Part shown: piece by piece, positions 1-9,693 of the stretch
Numbering within the stretch: the stretch's first letter is position 1
Layout of the letters: each line of letters opens with the position of its first letter
Origin: Nitrospinaceae bacterium
Lineage (GTDB): Bacteria > Nitrospinota > Nitrospinia > Nitrospinales > Nitrospinaceae
Assembly: GCA_965237905.1 (NCBI GenBank)
Contig: OZ250172.1
Location: 224,001-288,000, forward strand
Length of the DNA stretch: 64,000 nucleotides
Direction of reading: 5' to 3'
Position numbers and translations under genes: made by a program
Notes under the pieces: model-generated
Told to the model about the DNA's origin: nothing
The model's input: only the letters and a program-made list of their open reading frames with translations
Databases searched by the model: none

Positions 1-137
1 TTTTCCAGCACTCCCAAATCCGCCAGATGACAACATAAAGCCGCGACAGTGGCATCTTCCACATCGGGAATCAGGATACCGTTCTTCAATAGCTCACCCC
101 AGGAAGAGAGGGATCGTTGTGGATTTCTATCGTTCAT
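1..137 (-). CDS. 5' part of a CDS running off the window edge (MNDRNPQRSLSSWGELLKNGILIPDVEDATVAALCCHLADLGVLE...), product unknown
   Basis: Manual translation: ATG at 137 with an open frame to position 1, just downstream of the MOSC gene on the same strand. Confidence 0.5.
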   Translation of the reverse strand, partial: MNDRNPQRSLSSWGELLKNGILIPDVEDATVAALCCHLADLGVLE

Positions 138-161
138 GACAAACACACAAGCTTTTCATAG

Positions 162-812
162 TCAGGCTTTACGGTTAGCCAAACGTTTGCCAAATGAATG
201 TTTCCAGCTTTCGGAAAGCGCAGGATGGGCCATGAGCTTTTCGATGGCTTCGTACTTTGTTTTATCACGATACATAAGATAATGGGCGTCCCTCACCGAG
301 ATTTTTTTATTATCCGAATGGATTCGTTCGACTGCCATTCCCACTTGAAGCCAGCCCTGTTTCAAAACCCGAAAATAATATCCGCAATACCCTAACTCCT
401 GTATCCGGGAGGCCAGTTTGGGGAGTCCAAATATTTTGGTTAATTTATGGCACGGTTGCCGGGGTTGCGTGCATTGCACTTCGACTTCACCGATTCTGAA
501 TATATCTCCAATATGAATCTGATCTTCCGTCAGCCCTTCAATCGTCAGATTTTCCCCAAAGGAAGCGGGCGGCATGTTGCGGGAAAGCTCCTTTTCCCAA
601 ATAGGATAATGGTTGGCCGGATAACCACAGACCGCCTTATCCCGACCGCCATGATCTACCGGGTCGGCAACCTGGTCACCGTCAAATCCCATCAGGTCCA
701 AAAAAATTTTCCCCTTAAACGGGTCCCTCAGTAGTGAAGTTTTTAATTTGTGACCTTTTTTATAAGTAACTTCACGTGGGGTTCCGATATTGATTGAGGT
801 GATTGAAAGCAT
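162..812 (-). CDS. MOSC domain protein (YiiM-like)
   Basis: GDQVAD..HGG.DKAV, FGENLT, QPRQPCHKL and G.YFRVL motifs plus a C-terminal 3-alpha region. Confidence 0.9.
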   Translation of the reverse strand: MLSITSINIGTPREVTYKKGHKLKTSLLRDPFKGKIFLDLMGFDGDQVADPVDHGGRDKAVCGYPANHYPIWEKELSRNMPPASFGENLTIEGLTEDQIHIGDIFRIGEVEVQCTQPRQPCHKLTKIFGLPKLASRIQELGYCGYYFRVLKQGWLQVGMAVERIHSDNKKISVRDAHYLMYRDKTKYEAIEKLMAHPALSESWKHSFGKRLANRKA

Positions 813-887
813 GAGGCTCCGTCAAATGATATCAATTAAAAAGAAGATGTATTTTAGCGGGTAATCGGGGTGGGAGAAAGTAAAAAT

Positions 888-2849
888 TTATTCTACAAAA
901 TGATATCCGTCTCTGCCTTTTCGTTTAGCTTTATACAGGGCTGCGTCCGCCTTATCGAGAAGAGTTTCATAATCGTCCCCATCATCCGGGTACAGCGATA
1001 TACCAATACTGAATGACGACTTAATTTCATTCCCATCGAGATTTAAAGGCTCTCTACCCAGAGTGATCAGTTTTTCGGCCAGCGTCACAGCATTTTCCCG
1101 GCCCATCAATTCGGGCAGTACGAGAATAAATTCGTCGCCACCCAGGCGAGCCAGGGTATCCTCTTCTCGAACGGCGGATTTAAGTTTTTGCCCCATTTCC
1201 TTGAGAAAGAGATCGCCAATGCCATGACCGTAGTTATCGTTGACCAGCTTAAAATCATCAAAATCCAGGAACATGACCGCCAAACGCTTTTTAGCCCGAT
1301 GGGCATGAGCCAGAGCCAGAGTCAGCCGATCAATCAACAGAACCCGGTTGGGTAACCCGGTTAGAGAGTCGTAGTAGGCCATATTCTTGATGGTTTCCTC
1401 TGCCCTTTGACGCTCCAGCTCGGCTCCGGCTCGAGAGGCAAACACTCTCAAAATAGATATCGTTCTCTCTTTATCCAGCATAGGCCTGCGATCGAAGACC
1501 ACAAGATGCCCCATCACATTCAAGGAGGAATCAAAAAAGGGCACACCCGCGTAACTTTTAGCGCCTATTTCCTTTAAAAAGATCTCATCGGGAAACGCCT
1601 CTTGGATTCCATCGGCATAGAAACTGACGCTACCCCCCAGGAGATCTTCATAAGGGGTGTGAATCACTTCATACTGGTGACCGCTGACAAACTGCTCCCC
1701 ATTCCATCCCGCTATGATTTGACATTTCGAGTCGTGACCTTCTAAAATCTCACTGACCATGGTGCAACGAGCCGGTAGAGCGGAAGCCAAATGACGCACC
1801 AACGATTGGAAAAACTCATTTCCGGTTTGCGCCGAGGTTCCTTCGACGATCGATCGAAAAGCCTGATCATCGCGGTTTCTTTTTATTTCACCACCTATGC
1901 TGGCCGAAAAGGTCTTTAGTATCGATTCCTCATCAGGGGACCAGACTCGACAGGAATGACGATTGGCAAATAACGCAAACCCCCAATACGTATAATCAAT
2001 TGTAAAAGGCGCCAACACACAGGACTGGATTCCCTGCTTTTGAAAAAACGGCGGGTCCGAGCCGGCGGAGTTCACTACGTGGTTGATGGATTTCCCCATC
2101 CTCAGTTCTTTGACCCATTCGTCCCATCCCAAGCTGGTATAAGTCAAATCGCATAAGCCTCCGTCTAAATTCTTTTCACCCTCATTACACCAAAAGTATT
2201 TCAGGCTGAAAGCCCCTTCCCCGCTTTCCGGATGAGGATGATCCTGAAAGATATAAACACGGTCCATTCCCCCTGCTTTCCCAACAGTTCCCAATGCTTC
2301 CCTGATGGCGGATTCATGGTCAAAAACAGTCAGGAGTCGTATGGCGGCCTCGGACACTCCCTGCAAAAGAAGCCCTTGAGCTTTCAGGGATTCTTCCGCC
2401 TGAATTCTTTGTTGTTCTTCATTAAACAAGCTAATGGCGTGCCGAATGGCTTTGGAAAGAATTTCTGGTGAAAGACTCGCTTTAACCAGATAATCGGTGG
2501 CACCCGCCTTCATGGCCTGAACAGCAATCTCCTGATCTCCCTGGCCGGTCAACATGATTACGGGAAGCGTGTATCCTTTTTCCCGGACATCTTTTAGGAT
2601 ATCCACCCCATTCCATTCGCCTAAACGGTAATCCAGGAAAAACAGATCATAATGGGATTCTTCCAGTTTTGGGGCAATATCCTCCCGGGTGGGAGCGGAA
2701 TCCACCGTCACTTTGACATCATGAGTCCCCTCGATGATTAGCTCCTTAAAAATGAGCAAATCGTCCTCATCGTCTTCTGCGATTAAAATGCGAATGTCGT
2801 GCTCAATCAATCCCATAGGGGCCCATAAATTTTTAGTCAATTTAGGCAA
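888..2849 (-). CDS. Response-regulator diguanylate cyclase (REC-GAF-GAF-GGDEF)
   Basis: N-terminal REC (EDDEDD, LDY, TG, K), two GAF-like segments, DSLTGLPNR and intact RLGGDEF; alternative start ATG 2816. Confidence 0.9.
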   Translation of the reverse strand: MPKLTKNLWAPMGLIEHDIRILIAEDDEDDLLIFKELIIEGTHDVKVTVDSAPTREDIAPKLEESHYDLFFLDYRLGEWNGVDILKDVREKGYTLPVIMLTGQGDQEIAVQAMKAGATDYLVKASLSPEILSKAIRHAISLFNEEQQRIQAEESLKAQGLLLQGVSEAAIRLLTVFDHESAIREALGTVGKAGGMDRVYIFQDHPHPESGEGAFSLKYFWCNEGEKNLDGGLCDLTYTSLGWDEWVKELRMGKSINHVVNSAGSDPPFFQKQGIQSCVLAPFTIDYTYWGFALFANRHSCRVWSPDEESILKTFSASIGGEIKRNRDDQAFRSIVEGTSAQTGNEFFQSLVRHLASALPARCTMVSEILEGHDSKCQIIAGWNGEQFVSGHQYEVIHTPYEDLLGGSVSFYADGIQEAFPDEIFLKEIGAKSYAGVPFFDSSLNVMGHLVVFDRRPMLDKERTISILRVFASRAGAELERQRAEETIKNMAYYDSLTGLPNRVLLIDRLTLALAHAHRAKKRLAVMFLDFDDFKLVNDNYGHGIGDLFLKEMGQKLKSAVREEDTLARLGGDEFILVLPELMGRENAVTLAEKLITLGREPLNLDGNEIKSSFSIGISLYPDDGDDYETLLDKADAALYKAKRKGRDGYHFVE

Positions 2850-2875
2850 ATATAGAGAGAGTTCTCCTATATTTT

Positions 2876-2904
2876 ATGGTAAGGAAATTCGCGCCCCCCG
2901 TCAA
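2876..2904 (-). promoter_or_regulatory. Candidate sigma70 promoter for the diguanylate cyclase
   Basis: Minus strand TTGACG-17nt-TACCAT. Confidence 0.5.
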
Positions 2905-2968
2905 CCACGTAATTATCTATAGGCTTATTTCTAAAGGACTTATGAGACTTGATAATGCGGGCGGAAAA

Positions 2969-3973
2969 TCAGGGCATCCACAGATACATAAAATTTGGCC
3001 CGGGGGTCTCTGGAATGAAATTCAGGTTCACAAAATTGAAATTGATGGAGGGGGGTACCGGTGTCGAGGAATAGATATTACTTTTGTATTGTCCGGACCG
3101 ATGATAAACAACAAGGCGCATTTCATCCAGCCCCAAATCCTTTTTGATAAATTCTTCCGCTTCATCCATATAGGCGATTTGGTCAATCAATTTGGCATCC
3201 AGAGCCTGTTGAGATGTATAAATTCGTCCATCAGCCAGTTTTTTGATTTCATCCCTATTCAATTGCTTTCGGTTATCTTCAATGGTGGCAACAAACCTTT
3301 GATGGAGACTGTCGATGGTTTGCTGGAAGATCAGACGTTCATCTTTCGTCAAAGCCCGGAATGGGGATAAAAAATCTTTATGGTCACCGGATTTGACCAC
3401 CTCGAAATCCACACCCACTTTTTCCATCAGGCCACTCAGATTCATTTTAAGGGCGATCACTCCAATGCTTCCAGTCAGCGAGGTGGGGTGAACGATAATC
3501 CGGTCTGCCGCCTGGGCCACATAGTACCCTCCGGAAGCCGCAAGATCCATGACGACGGCATACACTTTTATTTTTTTTCTTTCTTTGAACGTTTTAATTT
3601 CATGATAAATAATATCACTGGACGTCACGGTACCGCCGGGAGTATTGATTCTAAGAATCAGGGCTTTGACATCATTATCCTTCTCTGCTTTTTTTAAAGT
3701 TTCCCTGACGCGGTCGACCAACCCCGAATTCATCTCCACTCCCAATGCGGAAACCCGTTTTTTATTCGAAATCACTCCCTTGATATCAACCAGCAAGACT
3801 TTGTCGTCGCCTTCACCGGAAACCGTTTTTTCTTTTAAGGGACCCAGGCTGGGAGTCACATTGATTTTAAACAAAGTGCATCCGTTCAAAATTACAAATA
3901 GAAGTATCATCAACAGAAGGCGGACCTTGTGAACATGCTTTCGTGATCCACGGCACAAACTGATCCATTTCAT
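2969..3973 (-). CDS. sppA: Signal peptide peptidase SppA (S49), probable lipoprotein
   Basis: LRINTPGG, AASGGYY, GSIGV, KSGDHKD, DGRIYT; lipobox-like LNGC; start uncertain. Confidence 0.9.
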   Translation of the reverse strand: MKWISLCRGSRKHVHKVRLLLMILLFVILNGCTLFKINVTPSLGPLKEKTVSGEGDDKVLLVDIKGVISNKKRVSALGVEMNSGLVDRVRETLKKAEKDNDVKALILRINTPGGTVTSSDIIYHEIKTFKERKKIKVYAVVMDLAASGGYYVAQAADRIIVHPTSLTGSIGVIALKMNLSGLMEKVGVDFEVVKSGDHKDFLSPFRALTKDERLIFQQTIDSLHQRFVATIEDNRKQLNRDEIKKLADGRIYTSQQALDAKLIDQIAYMDEAEEFIKKDLGLDEMRLVVYHRSGQYKSNIYSSTPVPPSINFNFVNLNFIPETPGPNFMYLWMP

Positions 3974-3974
3974 A

Positions 3975-4892
3975 TCAATTTTCCTCACCGCACATAAATT
4001 CATAAAGAGGTTTGAAATTCGGGATCACCGAGGCCCAGCGCCCTTCTTGCCCTTCCAAAATTTCAAAGATATTGCTCCATGATTTTCTGACGACTTCCGA
4101 GTTCCTTCTGTCCTCCGGAAGAACCAGCTGCTCCAAAAAGGGCTGGGTGTTTATAACAATTTCGCGAACGGTCATGGTATCCCGAGCCACCTCCATTTTT
4201 AATTTCTTGCGGGCCTCCATGGTAGCGACATCACTGATTCGATTCTTTTGATAATCTTGAAAAAGATGCCGGAAACCCTCCTGAATATTTTCCAGGATAT
4301 CCGTGAGACGCGAATCGCTATTGACTTTAGCCAACTGCTTATTGATGCTTTGTAACGGGGAAATAATGTTGATCTCGTGAAGGGTGGACTCTTTGACATT
4401 GTAAACTTTCATCAGATCCTGAACGTCCATTTTATGCCCCTGCCCGGTTTCTGCGTTGACCGAATCCAGACATTTTTGGATCTGTTGCTCCAAATTTTCA
4501 TTGAGCTTTTCACGGGTTTGTTCCACTTGCTGGTCAAAAAGATCACCCTGACCCAGTTTTTCAAATTCAGGACGACATTCATCCGCTCGCTTTTGGATCA
4601 ACACCTCCGCTTCCGAGTTAATCATGGATTTAAGCCGGGTGATCCGCTTATCGGTTAAAGGACTTACAAATTTAATACGCACTTCCCGTTCCACCCGCAA
4701 CATCTCCCGCGGCATGGCCCGGAATACTTTTTCATAGCTGTCGTACAAAGTCTGCCAGTGCTCCAGAGTATGCTTCTTGTTGGTTTTGGTATATTTGATT
4801 GTGGTCCTTTTGATACGTACCACATTTTGCTGAATCAGGGAAATCAGCTTGTCCCTGATCATGGTGTCCATTTTTTCTTCCAGATTATCCAT
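3975..4892 (-). CDS. Hypothetical helical protein
   Basis: 305-aa ORF in an operon-like run; no motif recognised. Confidence 0.7.
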   Translation of the reverse strand: MDNLEEKMDTMIRDKLISLIQQNVVRIKRTTIKYTKTNKKHTLEHWQTLYDSYEKVFRAMPREMLRVEREVRIKFVSPLTDKRITRLKSMINSEAEVLIQKRADECRPEFEKLGQGDLFDQQVEQTREKLNENLEQQIQKCLDSVNAETGQGHKMDVQDLMKVYNVKESTLHEINIISPLQSINKQLAKVNSDSRLTDILENIQEGFRHLFQDYQKNRISDVATMEARKKLKMEVARDTMTVREIVINTQPFLEQLVLPEDRRNSEVVRKSWSNIFEILEGQEGRWASVIPNFKPLYEFMCGEEN

Positions 4893-4918
4893 AGCTGACT
4901 ATAAAAAGGTGAGTTTCA

Positions 4919-5776
4919 TTATTTGAGGTTATGGGACTTGGCGCACCGGCACCCGATTCCGTAAAATTCCTGTCCGTCATTCTGACCGTAGCGGTGCGAA
5001 ACCCGCATATAATCGGGAAGGCTGTTCCAGGCTCCTCCCCGAATCACATGATACTTGCCCTTTGAAGGCCCTTTGGGATTCTTGCGCGGACTCTTTTGAT
5101 AATAGTGAGCATCATACCAATCGAAAACCCATTCGGCAATGTTTCCCGACATCTCGTACACCCCTTCGGGGGTTTTGCCAAGCTCCAGCGAACCCACTGC
5201 TCGGAGAATATCACCTTTATCGATAAAACAACAACGGTTGAAGTGGGCTCGGGTTTCATCGGGAAGCTCTCCTCCCCAGGGATAAGTCCGATGAGTCTTG
5301 CCACCTGCGGCGCGCTCCCACTCCGCCTCCGTGGGGAGGCGTTTGCCGCGCCATGAACAGTAATTCCGGCACCGCTTCCAGGTAAGGCCAATCACCGGTT
5401 TGCGTTCCATCCCCGGTCGTGCCTTACGGTCATGCCACCCGGTAATAGTAGGATGTTGTTTGGGATTCTGTGCCAGATATGCTTCAAAATCGCCGCCCGT
5501 AACCTCATAACGGTCAATCCAGTAAGCGTTCAAATAGACTGTGTGCTGGGGGTATTCATCTTTCCGTCCGGTCCCCTCAAGACTTCCCATCAAAAACTCC
5601 CCGGCGGGAATCAACACCATATTCGCCGGATCTTCAGTTTTAGATGAATCCGCAAGCGCAGTCGCGGCCCCTGGCAGGACAACGACAACCAATACGAATA
5701 ACCATCCCAATCCACCCGATTTCACAGGAATCCCCCTACATAAAAAGGGGACATAATAAGTTATTGAGCCAGCCAA
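4919..5776 (-). CDS. FGE-sulfatase (SUMF1) fold exported protein
   Basis: MVLIPAGEFLMGS, RLPTEAEWE, MSGNIAEW, RGGAW, GCRC; lacks the catalytic Cys pair of true FGE. Confidence 0.88.
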   Translation of the reverse strand: MAGSITYYVPFLCRGIPVKSGGLGWLFVLVVVVLPGAATALADSSKTEDPANMVLIPAGEFLMGSLEGTGRKDEYPQHTVYLNAYWIDRYEVTGGDFEAYLAQNPKQHPTITGWHDRKARPGMERKPVIGLTWKRCRNYCSWRGKRLPTEAEWERAAGGKTHRTYPWGGELPDETRAHFNRCCFIDKGDILRAVGSLELGKTPEGVYEMSGNIAEWVFDWYDAHYYQKSPRKNPKGPSKGKYHVIRGGAWNSLPDYMRVSHRYGQNDGQEFYGIGCRCAKSHNLK

Positions 5777-5864
5777 TTAAAGTCTTTATTATATCCAATC
5801 AGTCCCTGCGAAGCCGGGTGGACCGGTTCCGCACACGCTGAAACCTCTCACCTTTTTTCCGACC

Positions 5865-6353
5865 ATGCGCGCAATCAAACAATTGGATGAATGGCTGGCC
5901 CGGGCCGAATCGGGATTTCTTGTCTTCCTCCTCTTTCTCATGGTCTTTCTCGCCTTTGGCCAGGTTCTTTTGAGAAATTTTCTGGATAGCGGTCTTCTGT
6001 GGACGGACCTTTTTTTACGCCAGTTGGTGCTTTGGGTAGGTTTTCTGGGAGCCTCTCTGGCGGTCCGGGAGCGCCGCCATATTTCCATCGACGTACTACC
6101 TCAATTCCTACCTGCTGCCTATCGGCCATTTATTGAAGTGTTGGTGAATTTTTGCACGGGGTTGATCAGCGTGTTTCTTACGGTGGCCTCCTGGAAGTTT
6201 GTTCAAATGGAGATGGAGTTTCCCATCATCCTCTTTCTTGATTTGCCGGCCTGGATTTTTCAAACCATTCTACCGTTCAGCTTTGCCCTGATTTCCCTGC
6301 GCTACTTTCTGCATGTGTTTGATGACTCGATCACACTCTGGAAAAAGAAATGA
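5865..6353 (+). CDS. TRAP transporter small permease (DctQ)
   Basis: Four TM segments, FLGASLA..ERRHISID motif; overlaps the DctM start. Confidence 0.9.
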   Translation: MRAIKQLDEWLARAESGFLVFLLFLMVFLAFGQVLLRNFLDSGLLWTDLFLRQLVLWVGFLGASLAVRERRHISIDVLPQFLPAAYRPFIEVLVNFCTGLISVFLTVASWKFVQMEMEFPIILFLDLPAWIFQTILPFSFALISLRYFLHVFDDSITLWKKK

Positions 6354-7624
6354 CTCTATTCATCGTCGTCGGCATCATTATCCTGGCTTTATTGGGGGTC
6401 CCGCTATATGCCATTATCGGTTTGGCGGGTTTGGTGGCCTATCACTATGCCGACCTCGATTCCGCGGGGATTTTTATTGAATTGTACCGCGTCGCCAGCT
6501 CTCCCACTCTGATCGCCATCCCGCTCTTTACCCTGGCGGGTTTCATCATGGCAGAGAGTAAAACCCCGCAACGATTGTCCCGGCTGTCTCAGTGTTATCT
6601 GGGAGGAATTCCCGGCGGTGTTCCTGTGGCTGTCATGGTAGCCTGCGCTTTTTTTACGGCGTTTACCGGAGCGTCAGGAGTCACCATTATTGCCCTGGGT
6701 GGCCTGTTTTATCCGTTATTGCTCAAGGAAAAATATTCCAAGGATTTCTCCCTCGGCTTGATGACCTCCTCGGGAAGTCTCGGACTGCTGTTTCCCCCTT
6801 CGCTCCCATTGATCCTTTATGGTGTGATCGCTCAGGTGAGTATCAACGAGTTGTTTCTCGCCGGGATCGTTCCGGGCCTGCTGATGATCGGTATACTCGG
6901 CCTGTACAGCATGTGGACGAATGTGAGGTTAAAAATCACAAAAGTTCCTTTCGATATTAAGAAAGCGCGTTCCGCCTTGCGGGAGGCCGCCTGGGAGGTG
7001 CCCCTGCCCTTCATCATTGTATTGGGGATTTACTTCGGCGTGTTTACGGTGACCGAGGCGGCGGCGGTAACGGTGGTTTATGTCCTCATCATCGAGTCCT
7101 GGATTTACAAAGATATTCACCCCGTACGGGACCTGCCCAAATTGATGATCAACAGTATGGTCCTGGTCGGCACCATCTTGATTATTCTGGGCACGGCGAT
7201 GGGGTTTACCAGCTATCTGGTGGATGTGCAGGTTCCCATGCAGGTTCTGGATTTCATGAGGCAGTATATCGACAACAAGTGGACTTTCCTGATCGTACTC
7301 ACCGTTTTACTGCTCATCGTCGGTTGTATGATGGAAATTTTTTCGGCCCTCATTGTAGTCGTCCCCTTGATCATTCCCATCGCCAAGAGTTTTGACGTCA
7401 ACATGGTGCATCTGGGGATTATTTTTCTGACCAACCTGGAAATCGGCTATTCCACGCCGCCAGTGGGCATCAATCTGTTTATCGCCAGTTCCCGTTTTTC
7501 GGAACCGGTGCTTCGTCTGTATCGGGCGACTCTGCCTTTTCTGGGGTTGCGCATCGTGGGTCTTTTGATCATCACCTATTTCCCCGCCTTGAGTCTGTTT
7601 CTGGTCAACCTCTTTCAACGATAG
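6350..7624 (+). CDS. TRAP transporter large permease (DctM)
   Basis: LIAIPLF, GLLFPPS, TPPVGINLF; polytopic membrane protein. Confidence 0.92.
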   Translation: MTLFIVVGIIILALLGVPLYAIIGLAGLVAYHYADLDSAGIFIELYRVASSPTLIAIPLFTLAGFIMAESKTPQRLSRLSQCYLGGIPGGVPVAVMVACAFFTAFTGASGVTIIALGGLFYPLLLKEKYSKDFSLGLMTSSGSLGLLFPPSLPLILYGVIAQVSINELFLAGIVPGLLMIGILGLYSMWTNVRLKITKVPFDIKKARSALREAAWEVPLPFIIVLGIYFGVFTVTEAAAVTVVYVLIIESWIYKDIHPVRDLPKLMINSMVLVGTILIILGTAMGFTSYLVDVQVPMQVLDFMRQYIDNKWTFLIVLTVLLLIVGCMMEIFSALIVVVPLIIPIAKSFDVNMVHLGIIFLTNLEIGYSTPPVGINLFIASSRFSEPVLRLYRATLPFLGLRIVGLLIITYFPALSLFLVNLFQR

Positions 7625-7700
7625 GCAGGGGATTATGTTAATATTGCTTTTTTAGTCCAGTCGATTGGCTGGAGTACCTCATAAACTTGGAGGTTTCAAA

Positions 7701-8246
7701 ATGCTGACTGCACCCAAGCAACCTTACGACATCGGTCCGCTTCATTATACGGTGGCACCCGGTCCCTGGGGTCTGATGGGTCTCGCGGCTTCGAACAAAG
7801 GACTGATTCATATTCAATCCGTGATACCCAGCGAAAAAGCTTACGTCAATTTCCTGAAACGATCCTTCGTCAACGCTCCCCAAAAAGATTCGAAACGATT
7901 GAAGCTGGCCACCGATCAGCTGCGTCTCTACCTGAAAGGCAAACTCCGGGATTTTGATATCCCGCTGGACTTCTTCACAGGAACAACTTTTCAGAAACAA
8001 GTGTGGAAAAAGCTGGCCTCCATCCCCTATGGCGAAACCCGGAGCTATGCCTGGCTGGCGCGTTCGGTTAAACGTCCCAATGCCCACCGGGCGGTCGGCA
8101 ACGCCAATGGGAAAAATCCTCTTTCAATCCTGCTACCCTGTCACCGGGTGGTTCAGAGTAATGGGGACCTGGGAGGGTATTCGGGAGGCCTTCATATTAA
8201 AAGATATTTACTTGAACTTGAGAAGACCGGCCGTGCCTCTTTATAA
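7701..8246 (+). CDS. ogt: Methylated-DNA-protein-cysteine methyltransferase
   Basis: IPYGETRSY, RAVGNANGKNP and PCHRV active site; GGAGG before ATG 7701. Confidence 0.92.
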   Translation: MLTAPKQPYDIGPLHYTVAPGPWGLMGLAASNKGLIHIQSVIPSEKAYVNFLKRSFVNAPQKDSKRLKLATDQLRLYLKGKLRDFDIPLDFFTGTTFQKQVWKKLASIPYGETRSYAWLARSVKRPNAHRAVGNANGKNPLSILLPCHRVVQSNGDLGGYSGGLHIKRYLLELEKTGRASL

Positions 8247-8997
8247 AACCCAGGCGGTCGTCTTGAAGTCCATGAAACTGTCGGAAAAGGACAAACTGGT
8301 GACTTTTCTGACCGAAACCCACGGCAAAGTTAAATGCGTGGCCAAAGCGGCACGAAGGTTGAAAAGCCGGTTTGGTGCTTCTCTGGAACCCATGTCGCAT
8401 GTTTCGCTGATTTATTTCGGCAAGGAACACCAGGAGCTCTACCGGCTCAATCAATGTGATATCATCCAGTCTTTTCAGGAAATCAAAGAGAATCCCGATT
8501 CCTTTTACACGGCGGTCTATTTTCTGGAATTAGCGGGTCATATGATCGTCGAAGCGCATCCCGAACCGGAGATTTTTCATCTCTTGGTGCGATCGCTCCA
8601 GGAGGCAGGCAAAGTCGACAGTTTGGGAACTTTGTGCCGGTTGTTTGAGCTCCGGATCATGGCTCATGCCGGGTATAATCCCCGGCTCCAGAAATGTATC
8701 GCCTGCCGCAAGGAACCGCAGTCTCTGTGGGTGGGGTTCAGTTACAACCAGCACGGTATTGTCTGCGAATCCTGTTTCGAAAAAGAACCGGTAGAAACGC
8801 GGATCAAGTCAGGGACCCTCAACTACCTGAAAAAATTTCTGTCTCTTGATTTAAATCACGTCCACCGATTGAAAGTGCCGAAAGAGGTGGAAGCAGAAAT
8901 TGAATCCATCACCCATCGGCTGGTGCTGGCCCGGCTGGGAAGGGAGTTAAAATCTTATCCCTTCATCCGGCAGATGGCGGAAATGACTAGAACTTAA
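8233..8997 (+). CDS. recO: DNA repair protein RecO
   Basis: AVVLKS..LSEKDKLVTFLT..HGKV N-terminus, CxxC...CxxC zinc finger; GTG start 8233. Confidence 0.92.
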   Translation: MPLYKTQAVVLKSMKLSEKDKLVTFLTETHGKVKCVAKAARRLKSRFGASLEPMSHVSLIYFGKEHQELYRLNQCDIIQSFQEIKENPDSFYTAVYFLELAGHMIVEAHPEPEIFHLLVRSLQEAGKVDSLGTLCRLFELRIMAHAGYNPRLQKCIACRKEPQSLWVGFSYNQHGIVCESCFEKEPVETRIKSGTLNYLKKFLSLDLNHVHRLKVPKEVEAEIESITHRLVLARLGRELKSYPFIRQMAEMTRT

Positions 8998-9013
8998 TGG
9001 GGAATAGAGAACC

Positions 9014-9400
9014 ATGACCAAAAAAGGCATTCATACTGAAAACGCCCCGGCAGCCATTGGCCCCTATCAGCAGGGCATCCGGCTGGGCGACTGGGTGTTC
9101 ACCTCGGGGCAGATCGCCCTTGATCCAGCGACGGGCAACTTTATCGCGGGAGAAATCGAGCAGGAAACGGAATTGACTCTGAAAAATATAGCAGCCATTC
9201 TCCAGGCCGAAGGCCTTTCGATGGATCATGTGGTGAAGGCTACGGTTTACCTCTCAGACATGAATCATTTCGCACGGATGAACCAGGTCTACGAGAAATG
9301 TTTCGCGACCAGTAAACCCGCCCGGGCATGCGTCCAGGTCGCGGCCCTCCCCAAGGGCGCCAAGGTGGAAATCGATGTGATCGCGGCGGCCAACGGCTGA
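9014..9400 (+). CDS. ridA: RidA/YjgF family deaminase
   Basis: APAAIGPY.QG, SGQI, PARACVQVAALPKGAKVEI. Confidence 0.92.
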   Translation: MTKKGIHTENAPAAIGPYQQGIRLGDWVFTSGQIALDPATGNFIAGEIEQETELTLKNIAAILQAEGLSMDHVVKATVYLSDMNHFARMNQVYEKCFATSKPARACVQVAALPKGAKVEIDVIAAANG

Positions 9401-9417
9401 CAGTAAGGCGCAATTTA

Positions 9418-9675
9418 ATGGCAAGAAAGAAAAAGAAAAGCCGCGCGGGCGAAATTAATTTTTACAAAGCCATGACCGTGCTGGGACTCATTTTAGCGGG
9501 AGTTCTGATTTATATGTTCTTCGGATCGGCACCGGAGCTGAGCAAGCATGACTTTCATGTCGCCACCGATCCCGCCGGAAAATGCCTGACCTGCCATATG
9601 GCTCAGGATAGAAATACGCCCATCATGCCGCACCGTCCTATGGAAGACTGTACCTTCTGCCATAAACCGCAATAA
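9418..9675 (+). CDS. Small membrane-anchored diheme c-type cytochrome
   Basis: Basic N-terminus, one TM helix, two CxxCH motifs (CLTCH, CTFCH); ATG 9418. Confidence 0.75.
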   Translation: MARKKKKSRAGEINFYKAMTVLGLILAGVLIYMFFGSAPELSKHDFHVATDPAGKCLTCHMAQDRNTPIMPHRPMEDCTFCHKPQ

Positions 9676-9693
9676 GAATGTCAGGAAAAGTTT

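Noticed and set aside
7954..8232. N-terminal extension of the recO ORF overlapping ogt
   Set aside because: RecO similarity starts at GTG 8233; the extension is an open-frame artefact
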